From: Vicugna vicugna
Lineage: Eukaryota
Reading direction: 5' to 3'
Assembly: GCA_013265495.1 (NCBI GenBank)
Contig: MU058781.1
Location: 2,272,158 to 2,336,157 of the forward strand
DNA: 64,000 nt
The position numbers were made by a program, and so were the translations under genes. A model generated the notes under the pieces. It was not told the DNA's origin and searched no databases. It saw nothing but the letters and a program-made list of their open reading frames with translations. Each line of letters starts with the position of its first letter. Position 1 is the first letter of the stretch. Below, piece after piece: positions 12,835 to 24,870 of the stretch.

Positions 12835-13712
12835 TTTTTTAACATTTTTTTATTGATTTATAATTATTTTACAATGTTGTGTCAAATTCCAGTGTGAGCA
12901 CAAATTTTTCAGTAGTTTATCTGTTCTACATTTGAAATCCCATCTGTCCCTCCCCACCCCCCGCCCCCTTGGCAACCACAAGTTTGTATTCTATGTCTGT
13001 GAGTCTGTTTCTGTTTTGTATTTATGGCTTATTTTTTTTTAGACTCCACATATGAGTGATCTCATATGGTATTTTTCTTTCTCTTTCTGGCTTAGTTCAC
13101 TTAGAATGACATTCTCCAGGAGCATCCATGTTGCTGCAAATGGTGTTATGTAATCAGTTTTTATGGCTGAATAGTATTCCATTGTATAAATAGACCACAT
13201 CTTCTTTATCCAGTCATCTGTTGATAGACATTTAGGCTATTTCCATGTCTTAGCTATTGTAAATAGTGCTGCTATGAACATTGGGGTGCAGGTGTCATTT
13301 TGAAGTAGGGTTCCTTCTGGATATAGGCCCAGGAATGGGATTCCTGGGTCATATGGTAAGTCTATTCCTAGTCTTTTGAGGAATCTCCATACTGTTTTCC
13401 ACAGTGGCTGCACCAAACTGCATTCCCACCAGCAGTGTAGGAGGGTTCCCTTTTCTCCACAGCCTCTCCAGCATTTGTCATTTGTGGATTTTTGAATGAT
13501 GGCCATTCTGACTGATGTGAGGTAAATGAAACCGATGAAGGCTTGATCTCCAGAATATATAAGCAGCTCATATGACTTAATAAGTAAAAAACAACCCAAT
13601 CCAAAAATGGGCCAAAGACCTAAACAAGCAATTCTCCAAGGAAGAAATACAAATGATCCATAGGCACGTAAAAAAATGTTCAGTATCACTAATTATCAGA
13701 GAAATGCAAATC
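12835..13712 (-). mobile_element. Young camelid-type L1, 5'-truncated with a 5' inversion (twin priming) and a 17-bp TSD
   Basis: Poly-T, 3' UTR and ORF2 C-terminus ([23 protein letters not shown] region) on the minus strand at 12835-13523; L1 ORF2 sequence on the plus strand at 13524-13712; TSD gaaatgtgacaagtttt at 12818-12834 and 13713-13729. Confidence 0.95.
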
Positions 13713-14064
13713 GAAATGTGACAAGTTTTGATGGAGCAGGGATGGGATAAGAAGGAACAAGCCTTAAATATAGGACATTACTGGGTAGGGGGAGCCTCCT
13801 AGGGCCCTGTCACACCTGCAGTTGGGTGGCACAGAGCAATTAGGCCTCTTAAAGGCCCGGGGCACCCACATTTTGATAGAAAAGCCTAGAGAAACAGCAT
13901 TGCAGACAAACCACGGCTTTTATAGACTTTGTCCAAGGTTGGCTCTTAACATACTAACTGGTTGGCCATACATATGTAAAGACTTCCAGGCCCACTGTGA
14001 TACCCTGCATATTTCTTTGGTCTAATTTTAGGCTACAGTTTCTATGTGTCTCCTTCCAGGAAAA

Positions 14065-14270
14065 AAGCATGGTGTTTAGGGACACACACTTTTGAATCTG
14101 ACCTTAAACTAGTTACTGAATCTGTCTTGAACTTCAGCTCCCTCAGTTGTAAAATGGGACAACAGACAGTACACATGTCATAGAAGTACCGCTCCGAGGA
14201 CTAAGATAAGTGTGTGTAAAGGGCTTAGTCCTTGGCTCAGGAGAGCTTCCAGTGAGCATTAGCTATGACT
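14065..14270 (+). mobile_element. MIR SINE
   Basis: cctcagttgtaaaatgggacaacagacagtac...gtgtgtaaagggcttag. Confidence 0.65.
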
Positions 14271-17200
14271 GTCACCATTAGCCTTGTGATTGTCATCCCT
14301 TGTCTCATTGGTGGCCTGGAGTGAAGTGGGGTGAGGCAAGGTTGTGAGATGTCCACAGCGTCAGGTGCCCAGATGCACTCTGGCCTGTGGCCTGCAGGTA
14401 GATGGAGTGTGATAGCAAGGCCATCCCCATGGCTGCCCCACGGCTCCCTCCCCAGCCCACAGCTAGTGCCTACGCTCCTAACCATTGCCACCTCGGAGCC
14501 CTAGCAATATTCTGTGACTAATATTGTTCTTTTCACTCAGAGGCCACTTCAAGAGGCCACAGCTGTCTGCCCAGTACAGCTGTCTGCCTTTCGGTCCGCC
14601 TTCACTCAGCCACAGCCAGGAGGATCCAACTTGTACTAGGAACCATTAGCGGTCCCATTATACTGGCCATTGATCTAACAAATTTTATTATCCCTGCTCA
14701 CAGTCAGCAACTTCTGTTCTTTACATTAATGACCATTTGGAACAGAATTCTTGTGGAATAGTGTAGTGCGTTTGCATTAGGAGCGGATGAATTCACAGTG
14801 ATTAATGCTTTTACAACAAATAACTCAGGAATGCGTGACTGGTTACCTCTTCTAGGAGCCTGCCCTTTGCAAGTGACATTCAATTGGATTTCCAAATGAA
14901 TTCTCCCTGATGGCTTCTGAGAAGTTTACTTCAGTGATGTCATTAGTGATGGGCCATATACTGTCGCTTAATACCAGCTAAAAGGCCTTTAAAAGAATCA
15001 CTTTTTTTTTTTTGATCAGGGCTGGGGGTAGGAATGAGAAAAGGAGGAAGGCTACATTCTGTGAGCTTTCTAAACATGGAGCTACTGTGAAGAGTCAGGC
15101 GGGACTCAGTAAACCTCCTGGTATTTCACCTTATGTTGATATAAATTGTATAACCTTTGTCAGGCAGCACATATTTTTTTAAAAACAAAAAAAATTCAGT
15201 AAGAAAAATCAAATATGCTTTCTGCTTCCAAAAAACTCTAATAATTAGGCTGGGATTGGCACAAATTAGAATGCTGCCAAAAATTACTGAAAACAGTGAC
15301 TCACTCTGTATTTCAATTAACAGTTTCTCAGTTTCCCTTATAAACAGTGAAGCTGACAGAAATTAATTATCTCAAAGAGGGTAAAATATTTCTTTCCAAA
15401 GTAAACAAAACATCATAGGCTGAAACAATAGTATGTGTAAATAGAGGGGATGGAAGGAAACTATCTTTCCTTGTCAATTAAGCCATCACTTTGTTTGATT
15501 TTTCTTTAAATACCTCATTCCAAAGCACTGGTTAAAAGGACAGTGTTGTTCTTTTCCCATCCTTTTCTACTAAATTACTCCTTTTGCTCTTGTCCTCAGT
15601 GTGATGCCGACTTTCATCTGAATGTCTAGGAGACAGAACTATAAACATGAAAGATTGATTTAAGTATTAGTATAATCATTGCACTTTAGATTCCTTGGTT
15701 GCAAAATAGCCTTGTAAATAAGTGTTAAAATTTACCAGCCCATAGAGAATTCCTACAAGGTTACATGAGTGGCAACATGGAAAGTAATGAGCACTTATTT
15801 TCACTTGTCTCATACCAGTAGATAAGTAGTTTCTATAAACAGCTTCCCTGTGTCTGAAGCTAAACTTATGATGGGATGCATTTGCCTGACTTGAGAAAGA
15901 GGCAAGCTTCAATCACTGAGATAACCCAAGGAGCCAGTAGTTCTTCATCCTTGTCATACAGGCTCCAAAGACTGACTCCAGAAGGCAAGGATGGTCACAC
16001 TCCTCTCTCTAAGATTCTTGGGGGTCCAAGAGCAGCTAATTTTCTCCAGTGAAAGAAATTTAGAGGCTACATTTTAAAAATCAGATGATAACGTTTAAAA
16101 ATAATCTCCCTGCCTCTTTCCTCTGTTTCATTTCCTTATTGCACTGCCTCTTGTGTTGAGTTGCCCAAGATAAATAGGCCAGCTTCTACCTTTTGACTGG
16201 TCATTAAGAGGCTTTCTCCTTCATATACTGTTTCTAGTAATGAGCTTATAGAATACTGTCCACTTCAAAGTTGCTTGTCTTCTCCGCCCTTCCTCTGTTC
16301 AAGCAACACTTGGATCCGAGAATTAATTCCTTAACATTGGTCCTTCCCAAACAGGTTCTTTTCCCCAAGTCTCTAAGATAATGTCTTTGGTTTGTTTATG
16401 GTGCTAATGGATAGATATTTTAAAATGAAGTTTTAGTATACCAGCAAGTTTTCATTTCTGGGTACATTAAGGAGTATACTTTTGCTTACTATATATTAAA
16501 TATATCATTTAAAATTTTTATTTAAAAAATGAAAGCCTTCACAAAATCTCCTTAGGGCAAACACATGGTCAAAACATCAATTAAAACTTAAACATAAATA
16601 CAACAACAGACATGAAATGGAGGCAAAACAAACCTTAACAGAATGCCACTACACTCAGGCTTGTTATTACACTGCTGGATCATATTCCTTGAGCTTGAAA
16701 ACTATACACAGTAAAACCACGCAGTAATCATTGTTTTGTAAATCCTAGTAAGGCGATCTCTGGTTTTGATAATACTCATTTGCCAGCTAAAAAATTTTAC
16801 CTCACTCCTCACCAACTTCCCTCACTGCACTTTCTGCCTCTAACTCCTGCAGTTTGGTTCAATGGTGATGGTCTTTCTGGGAATATTTTATATCCAAAAG
16901 CAGGCACCATCTGTATTCTCTATGGCCTCTGTGTTATTCAAGGTGCAATTCTGCTTTAAGTCAAACTAATATATGGTAATCTGGCTATGTAGACATATAC
17001 TATATTGCTTACATTTCTAGGGGACTGATTTTTTTCACTCTTCCACCTGCACCACCTGCAGGAATCTTTTTCACCTCAAATACTAGAGTTTGGAAGATAA
17101 TTGGATTTGTAAAAATTCCCTTTTCTACTTTCTAGGAACTCAAGTGCACAGAGCAGACACTACTATAATTAAAGAGTCAATGTTCAAATGCCTGGGGATG

Positions 17201-17364
17201 AGGGATTGGGAAGATAAACCACCACAGGAAAGAGCCAAAGTCTTTTCTTTGATCTCCATAGTCTACTTAGGTGGGCTGACACAGCCCGGTTAGGTACAAA
17301 TTCAGAGAACAGAAGTTAAAAACCAATAGTCTTATTTACTGTGGGAAAGTAGTAATGATTGCAA

Positions 17365-17545
17365 TTTACTCTGATATGCACCAGAAATAAGATGAGTTGT
17401 TGGACGGATAGATGCACAGACTTGTGATAAAGCAAATACAGTGAACTATTAATAGCAGAACCTAAGTGGCAGGTAATACAGGTGGCCACTGTAAAATTCT
17501 TTCAACTGTGCTTTATGTCTGAAAATTTGCCTAAAAAAATATTGA
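17365..17545 (+). mobile_element. Ancient L1ME-like 3' UTR fragment
   Basis: gtgataaagcaaatacagtgaac...cactgtaaaattctttcaactgtgctttatgtctgaaaattt. Confidence 0.6.
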
Positions 17546-20500
17546 GAGAAATGTGAATAGTCTTTACTGACCTGAAAAGAGAAATGAATGCTCCATTGAG
17601 CTGATAAAGAAAACCCATGGCATTATTTATGAACTTGTATGTGAATTGAACAGGTGGTTAAATGGTAACTTCCTTAACCTTCTAAGGGGAGTTTCTAAGT
17701 GATTTTTACTTACTACACTGTTGTCCTTTTGGTTAATATGTAGTTTAGCCAGCATTTCAAAGCATCATTCTTCTAGGAAGCTAGTCAGCTTTGGTGGTGT
17801 CCAGCTTGGTGAAGAAGTAGCCATTTACATTCTAGCCAGTTGAGACTAAGTCCAAAGAAAGATCTGGGATCTTAAGACCCTACAGTCAGGAGTAAATCTG
17901 CCTCTTCCCGTTCTGTTCTCCTCCTCTCTGTCCCTGCCTCTCTAAAGCACTTGAATCCCTCCCTCTAGTTTAACTCTCTCCAGCACTAATAACACCCTAG
18001 ACACCAGCTATAATCAGTGGCTCATTCCTTTCCTTCTCGTATCCGAACTTGATTCACTTTCCCCCTTAGGTACTTCCTATAGCTGCCTGTTCTTTTATCT
18101 TCCCCAGCATCACCTCCATAGCTTTTTCCTATTTTGGTATTTACTCAACATTGCAATCAGATCAACCTTCACAAAACAAATTTCAAGTTACTATCCCCCC
18201 CCAAAACCTTCTGTGGCTCCCTTTTGACTCAGTCTACTATCTACTCATGTGATCTCACCTTTCTCCCATTTCCCACAGTATCTCAACATGCTTCCTCCCT
18301 TCAGCTCAATCCATTCTCTTCATTGTGTTTCATTCTGTTTGCCTGCCTATAATTCCTCCCTCTTTTCATTTACCTAACTTTTCTTTAATTCTTCTCTCCC
18401 AGCCAGATCCACACACTTTTGAGATGCCTTCCAGCCAAAAGCACACACATTGACATGAGAAGATGTAAAAGAAATCAGGACCCAGGAGAACTCTGAAACA
18501 GGAACGTGCCAACCAGAGGCTTGCAGGGCTACTGCTTAAATTCCAATTTAGCAATTCTTTTCCAAACAACCAGAGTGAAAAGAGAGATTGAATGTGTACA
18601 GTTCCTTTTTTCAGGGAAAATTAAGTTTTTCCACTAGTAATTAGACCTCAAAGAAATTCCTGCCATTGCATTTAATTTAGAGAACACTAAATAACAGTAG
18701 ACAGTGCTCTCAACAGTGTCCTTGTAACAAGACATTTCAGAGATCTAAGTTCCATAAAATGATAAGGTCTGATAAAATTTGAAGGCAAAATAGTAAAACA
18801 CAATCTATTGAGGGGGATTCTGCCTGTATGGAGATAATATTTTATAATCATGTAAGCTTCTGATGGTCAGAGCAGTAGGGAGACTCCAAAAATACCATTT
18901 CCTCCACGGGTGGTATTGTTTGTTTTTGTTCCAATTGTCAGTCAGACAATAGCCAGCGTTTTATTCTGTTTAGAGCCGGGAATGTAGGTGTTATACACTG
19001 TTAATGATACAGAGATCTAAATGCTTGGAGGAATTCAGAGTCGGTGATGTTGACATTCTTTTATTGTAAATAAGAAAAGAAGCCTGACCAAGGGAACCAC
19101 CCTGTCTCTCGGAGCTGAGTGCACAGCCCTTTCTGCAACCTCTGGGGCCTGTGTCACATGCATGGCACACCCATGTCACATCCTGCCTTTGCATGAGATG
19201 CTCACTCTCTCCTGTCCTTCCAAGCTCTTTTGGTTTGCACTAGATGCTTCAGTGCTTAATTACATTTAGTTTTAATTTTTCTAGTCTCAATTTCATGTAT
19301 TTTTCTTTTCTATTCTCAATTAGATTGTGAACAATTTGAGATCAAAGCTCTCATTTCCTATTTTTCCAGGACTCCTCTCCACCCTCTGATTAATGAATAC
19401 TTTTTGACTGATTTTCTTCATTTGAACCTATGTGTTACAAAATAGAATTAAGCCTTTAATATGGCCTGCAAAGTCCCTTGTAATCTGGTTTCCTGTCCTA
19501 TCTTACTTCCACACCATGCTACCCGCTCCTACAGCCTTCACCCTGTCCTTACTCCCAGATTACTTTGCCCTCCACCCACAGTTCCCTCTCTCACATCACT
19601 GATACAATGCACACTTATGTCTCCCTTCCTTGAGCCCCCTCCACCTTCTTCTTACTTTACAGGACTCAGCGTAGACATCACTGCCTCCAGGGCAGAGTCT
19701 GAAACCTCCGGCAGGTGCCCGGGCTGCCACCATTTCATCTCTAGTTCCTAACACAGCGCTTAACTCTCTGGCCAATTAATTTCTGTGGCATTAATGAATG
19801 AATCAGTGCAACAGTGGAGTGGAGCAGAAGAGGAAGAAGAGTTCTTTCACATAGCCTTGGGAGACAGTCAGCATCCTGGAGTGAGAGGATGACAGCTGCA
19901 GGCCAAACTCAAGTGGCATTATCAGGCTGTGCCAGTGGTTAGCAGGGCCGCAGTGTCGATCCCACTTCAGGCTAGTCACCTTTACCCTTAGCCATAGCTA
20001 TAGATGGCATCCCAAATCCTGAAAATGGGTGTTGTGAGTCACAGGGAAACCTGTGAGAAAATGAGACTCTTGAGAACAGCCTCATGGCAACATCCCGGCA
20101 ACTAAACTGTAATCTCGCTAAAGGGATGTCACCACCCTGCAGCCCTGCAGGAGTAAGCAGGAAGTTAGGAAACAGTTGGCCAGTGAAGGCTTTTCTTTGT
20201 TTGGGACCCATTGGCCTATGGCCCTCCATTCTGAGATTGGGCCAGATTGAAACTCCTCAAGTTTTGCTCCGTATCTTCTTTGTATATCCTCCTTTATGTC
20301 AATCTGTAATCCATCCTTCCATGCTTCTGTGCCTGGCTCCACAGAGCACACACATGAAGACTTGTTTTTAAGACATAGACAGATGGGCAGCTCTCTGGAA
20401 AGCTGCTCCAAGTTGGAGGAAAGAGACTGTTCTTTTCAAGAAAGAGAAAGTTTTGGAAGCATAGGGATTTGCTTTTACTTTAGAGCCACCATCTCTCAGG

Positions 20501-21681
20501 GCACCATCCGTTCCTCTCAGATATCTCATCTTGATTTCAGTAAAGGATTCAGAATGTGTAGGCAGCTGGTTTCCCTAGGAGAGAACAGTGATTCAGGAAA
20601 GCACCCTATAAGCATACGCACCAGGGCATACGTTCTAGACTCTTCATGTGACTGATCCCGTGGTGGGCCAGTTTCCACACTTTCTTCTTTCTGCCTCTGG
20701 CCTTCCCTTGCTTACCCATCAGGGTATTATTCCTAAAGGGATTCACCAGCTGTTCTGCAAGAATGGCGGTTGCTCATTGGAGATTTTCCCAAATGCATTT
20801 AGCCTGTATGTTAGTTTGTATGAGGGGCATATGAGCTCCCTGTAGGGGTCTTCCCAGTAGGGGAGAAGATGGCTGGGAGTGGGGCCTAGAAGTAAAAGAA
20901 AAGGAAAAGTTTTCTTGGAAAATGCCCTCATTTGGTGTCCATCAAATATCTCATGAGAAGCAGTTATGTTTCAGCACTCCAAGCAATTAAAAGGTCTGTA
21001 AGATATGGTCTTGGAACGCAAAGAAAAAATTAATGAATTTCAACTTACATTTATTGTAACTCTACAGGTTACATGCTAGGCTGGTTCTAAAGCATTATGT
21101 AGTGGGGGCTCTGAAAGTGTTAGGCAGCAGTAGGCAGCACTGAGTTGAGCCCTTGGAGTCCACAGTGGAAGAGAACAAGTTCTTGTTTACCACAAAGACC
21201 TGCTTCTCCTTTGTGTGCTAGGTGAAAATCCTTCCCACCGAAGAGACTCAAGAGCTCTCTTCAGCAGCTTTTGTGGCATCCCAAACTCTGTCTTCTCATC
21301 TCATTGAATGCTGCTTAAGCTGTGCTTGGTTATTTCAAAATAAAAATTATAATTTTCTTTTATTAACAGCAGGTAACTATAATCACAGACTACTTTTGAA
21401 ATTATGAACAATTATTTTTCTTTCTGAGAATCAAAAAGTGAAACATAATGAAAACAAAAGGGCTGCCTGTAGGATATCAAACTGAAGAAGTCCTATAGGA
21501 TGGTAGATGCACAAGTTTGGTGCTCAGAAGAGAAATCTAGCTGGAGGTGGAGATTTAGGAGCCATCGGAGTGCAGAACGTTTTTTTAGTGTCAGTAGATG
21601 AGAGGACCCAAAGAGAGTGTTTGAGTGAGAAGAATGATAAAGGATCTAGAAGTAAACACTGTGGAACAGCAATAGCTAAGC

Positions 21682-21901
21682 CAGGGTTTCTCGTTCTCTG
21701 AACTACTAATGTTGAAGAATAGATAATTCTTTGTTGTGGAGGGCTGCCTCTGCAGTGTAGGATGGGTGGCAGCATCCTTGGCTTCTACTCACTAGATGCC
21801 AGCAGCCCCTACCTGCCCCCAGTTGTGACAGTCAAAACTATCTCCAGATATTTCCATGTGTCCTCTGGAGAACAAAATGAATCCCATTTGAGAATCCTTG
21901 A
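21682..21901. mobile_element. MER20 hAT-Charlie MITE, inserted in a reverse-strand L2 fragment (about 21.45-22.08 kb)
   Basis: cagggtttctc...gataattctttgttgtggagggctgcctctgcagtgtaggatg...ctactcactagatgccagcagc...ttgagaatccttg. Confidence 0.85.
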
Positions 21902-23239
21902 TTTAAGTGATGCGCAAAAGAAGAGCATCTTTCAAAGGTAGTTGATGAGGTATGGTCACAAAGTCTGGAGGTAAGGTAAAAGAGGAAAGAGGATATTTTG
22001 AGAAAAATATGTAATCACCTGTGTCAGAGGTCAAGGAAAGGTATTAAGATGTGAACACCAGTGCCCCTGGTTTTGAGTCAAGAACATGTGGTGAGCACAA
22101 AGCTTGCTCTCATGTCTCAAATTACTCCTTCTTCCTTCTAGGCTGACTCCCGTGTTCCTTGTCCAGTCTCCTGCATCTTTGGGTTTCAAACTCCTGTTCG
22201 TAGTATTTTTAGACTTGCACCTTGGAGTCCCTGGGCTCTGGGAGAAAGTTAACACTGAGATATCTCCATGACTGCCATTGCCATCTGTCCCACAATCTCT
22301 AAGAGTGGGTGGAAATCTGGATAAGTTTGTAAGTGTAAAATTTGGGAACCTACATGTGAGACAAATTGATGACAAGTCTGCTGGCTCAGTGAACCCTTTA
22401 TACTCCTGGGAATGCAAGCCTGGGGCATTGAGAAGTCTTCCTATTGCCCAGAAATTTGGCTTACTTCCTTAACGTGGTCTTAGGAAAAATAAAACAAAAT
22501 TTCTCAAAAGGTCACAAAATTCCCTCTCACCAGAGAATAGTACACAGCATGCAGCAGAATATAAGATAATACAAATTTGTGCTTAATTGTTGCATTGCCT
22601 GGCATGGAAGGCAGGCAGTTTGATCACCTCCAGAGATCACTTTAAAGAGCCTTTTAATTGCTGGAAAACACTAAGGGCCTCCTCTCCAGGGACAGTTGCC
22701 AGGATTAGAAAGGAGAACATGCCACCAAATTGATCTATAATCACAATTTAGTATTATTAAATAGCAAACTGTGGAATAAGCCTTAGGGAACAGGGCTCCT
22801 GTCCCTAATAAAGGGATGAACAAAAAGGATAATTTAATCATTAGTTCTCCTCTTTTGCTTATGCCTACCCCTTTATAATGAGTATTTTAGAAACTGCATT
22901 TTCCTCTCAAGTGTATCCTGACCTTCCCATACTACCTCCCCACTCCCACCGTATCTGATTATATGGAATGTTAACTGGAATTGCTCAATTAGGGGTTGGT
23001 TGCATAACTTAGAGATGTGTGCCTTCAAGAACACTGGAAATGCTTCCAGGAGGTGAAGGGAGGTAACTTAATCCTGCACAAACTTAATCCTTCCACCATA
23101 AACCACTTCTGTATTCATGTATTTGAATCTATGTCCTACCAGGTCCTGTCCCATGCTTTTCTCCACTAGAGAAGCTTCTGACCATGGATTCGAATTTTTG
23201 TCAGTTTTTTTTTTTCCTATTCATTGTTTCCTCGTCTAC

Positions 23240-24245
23240 TATTGCAAAAGTCATAAAGTCCATTTCTGTGTGCTTATTCTAGAATTGTAACATGCTTATT
23301 TAACTTGGTTACAGCTAACGTAAGTCATTATTTCTAACCCCTCCCCACCAGCAATCCAGGGGGCTTTAGAATGCCTTAATTCCAGTCAGCCCTCTCCCAA
23401 TTTATATTCTGTTTTCATCCAGGATTTTAATTCATTCTTGTTAAAAATCACCATAAACTGAACAAATTGCTTGCCATTGCTTTTGGTATCTCGTCCCTCC
23501 CTTTTGAGATCATTTTCCTTCTTCCTAAAGTACAGCCTTTAGCATTTCCCATTACTGAGGGTCTGTGGATGATAATGTCTGTTTTAGTGTGTCTGAAAAT
23601 GACTTTATTTTGTCCCTGTTTCAGAAGGTACTTTCAGAGAGTAAATAGGGTGGCAGTCTTTTTCTTCAGTACTTTGAAGTTGTTTTACCACTTCTCTTGG
23701 CTTCTATGTTGCTATAGAGAAATCAGCTATCAGTCTAACAGTAGTTTCTTTTTGGGAAATCAATTTTATTAACCTGGCTGCTTCTAGGATCTTTTTGTTT
23801 AAGGTGTCTGTGATGTCATACAAATGGCTATATATCTCCCCTGTGTCCTGTGTGTCTTTTGGGGGGCACTTTTTTTATTTTTGGTTTTTGTTTGTTTGGG
23901 GAGAAGGTAATTAGGTTTACTTATTTGTTATTATTATTTTTCATTTAATGGAGGCACTGAGGATCAAACCCATGACCTCATGCATGCTAAACATGTGTTC
24001 TAACACTGAGCTATACCCTCCCTGCTTTTGGCACTTCTTGAATTTGAGGATTAATTTTTCATATATTCCAAGAAAGAATCACTATTTCTTTCTTCAAATA
24101 TTGCCTAAACTAAACTTCACTCTCCTTCTCAGCTCTTCTGTTTTATTTTACCTTTGGGGAATTTCCTTTTTTTTTTTTTTGTCAGTAAGTTAAACATTTA
24201 AAAATACTTTAAAAAAATATTTTATTCAACATTTTGCATGTCTTG
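23240..24245 (-). mobile_element. Ancient L1M fragment (hosts a SINE)
   Basis: T-rich antisense L1: gtgtgtctgaaaatgactttattttgtccctg...ttttcttcagtactttgaag...gagaaatcagctatcagtct. Confidence 0.7.
23870..24022 (-). mobile_element. Camelid Vic-1-type tRNA-derived SINE
   Basis: Reverse complement reads ggagggtatagctcagtgttagaacacatgtttagcatgcatgaggtcatgggtttgatcctcagtgcctcc, with Pol III A/B boxes, an aaacctaattaccttctcccc 3' motif and an A-rich tail; degenerate TSD cttttgg(..)cactt. Confidence 0.85.
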
Positions 24246-24391
24246 TAATGTTTGTATGTTTGTTTGTTTTAGGCTACTGTTGCTTTCTGTAGCCAGAAAC
24301 AAACGTCACTCAGGACCTTGTTTCCTTTAGATGGATAACTTTCTCCTCATGTTAAGAGTTGTGGGCATGATTTGGAAGGATGCGGGCATTT

Positions 24392-24870
24392 ATGTTATCA
24401 GCCAGGATCCCATCAGGAACACAGAAACCCACTGAAGGATTCCAAGGATGAAGGTTTTAGAAGCTTGACAGCTGTTAGAAATGGTAGGGCAATAAAAGTC
24501 AGGGAAACTTCTGCTAGAAGGGGGTGATTCGGGGGAGCTGGCCAAGAAGCAGTGGCAAATCTCAAGTCTCCAGGGGCTGCCTGCCTTGAACTCTGCTGCT
24601 TGTAGTAAAGCCTGTGATTCCTGGGTGCTTGTCCAGCAACTAATGCTAACCTCATGTTTGCAACCTTCCCACACATCTGTTCTCAGCTGCCACTAAGAAA
24701 AACTGCTTCCTCACTTTCATGTCTCAAGAGAGTGCCTCTCATCGGCTGACTCTCACCTGGAACCATATGGAGAAAGGAATTCTAGGAGCTGTATGTTGGT
24801 TCGGCATATCCCCTGTTACACAGAGACTAGAGAAGGGGTGTTGGTGATTCCAAGCTGACAACACGTGGCA
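24392..24870 (-). mobile_element. Old ERVL-type solo LTR (LTR33/LTR41-like)
   Basis: Reverse-strand end reads gtttctgtgttcctgatgggatcctggctgataaca, a typical ERVL LTR 3' terminus. Subfamily and far boundary are uncertain. Confidence 0.55.

Noticed and set aside
13237..13689. 150-aa ORF with a Cys-rich motif
   Set aside because: It is a chimera across the L1 inversion junction (antisense ORF2 plus the ORF2 C-terminus), not a gene.
23940..24022. tRNA-like sequence
   Set aside because: It is a diverged SINE head with an A-rich tail, not a functional tRNA gene.
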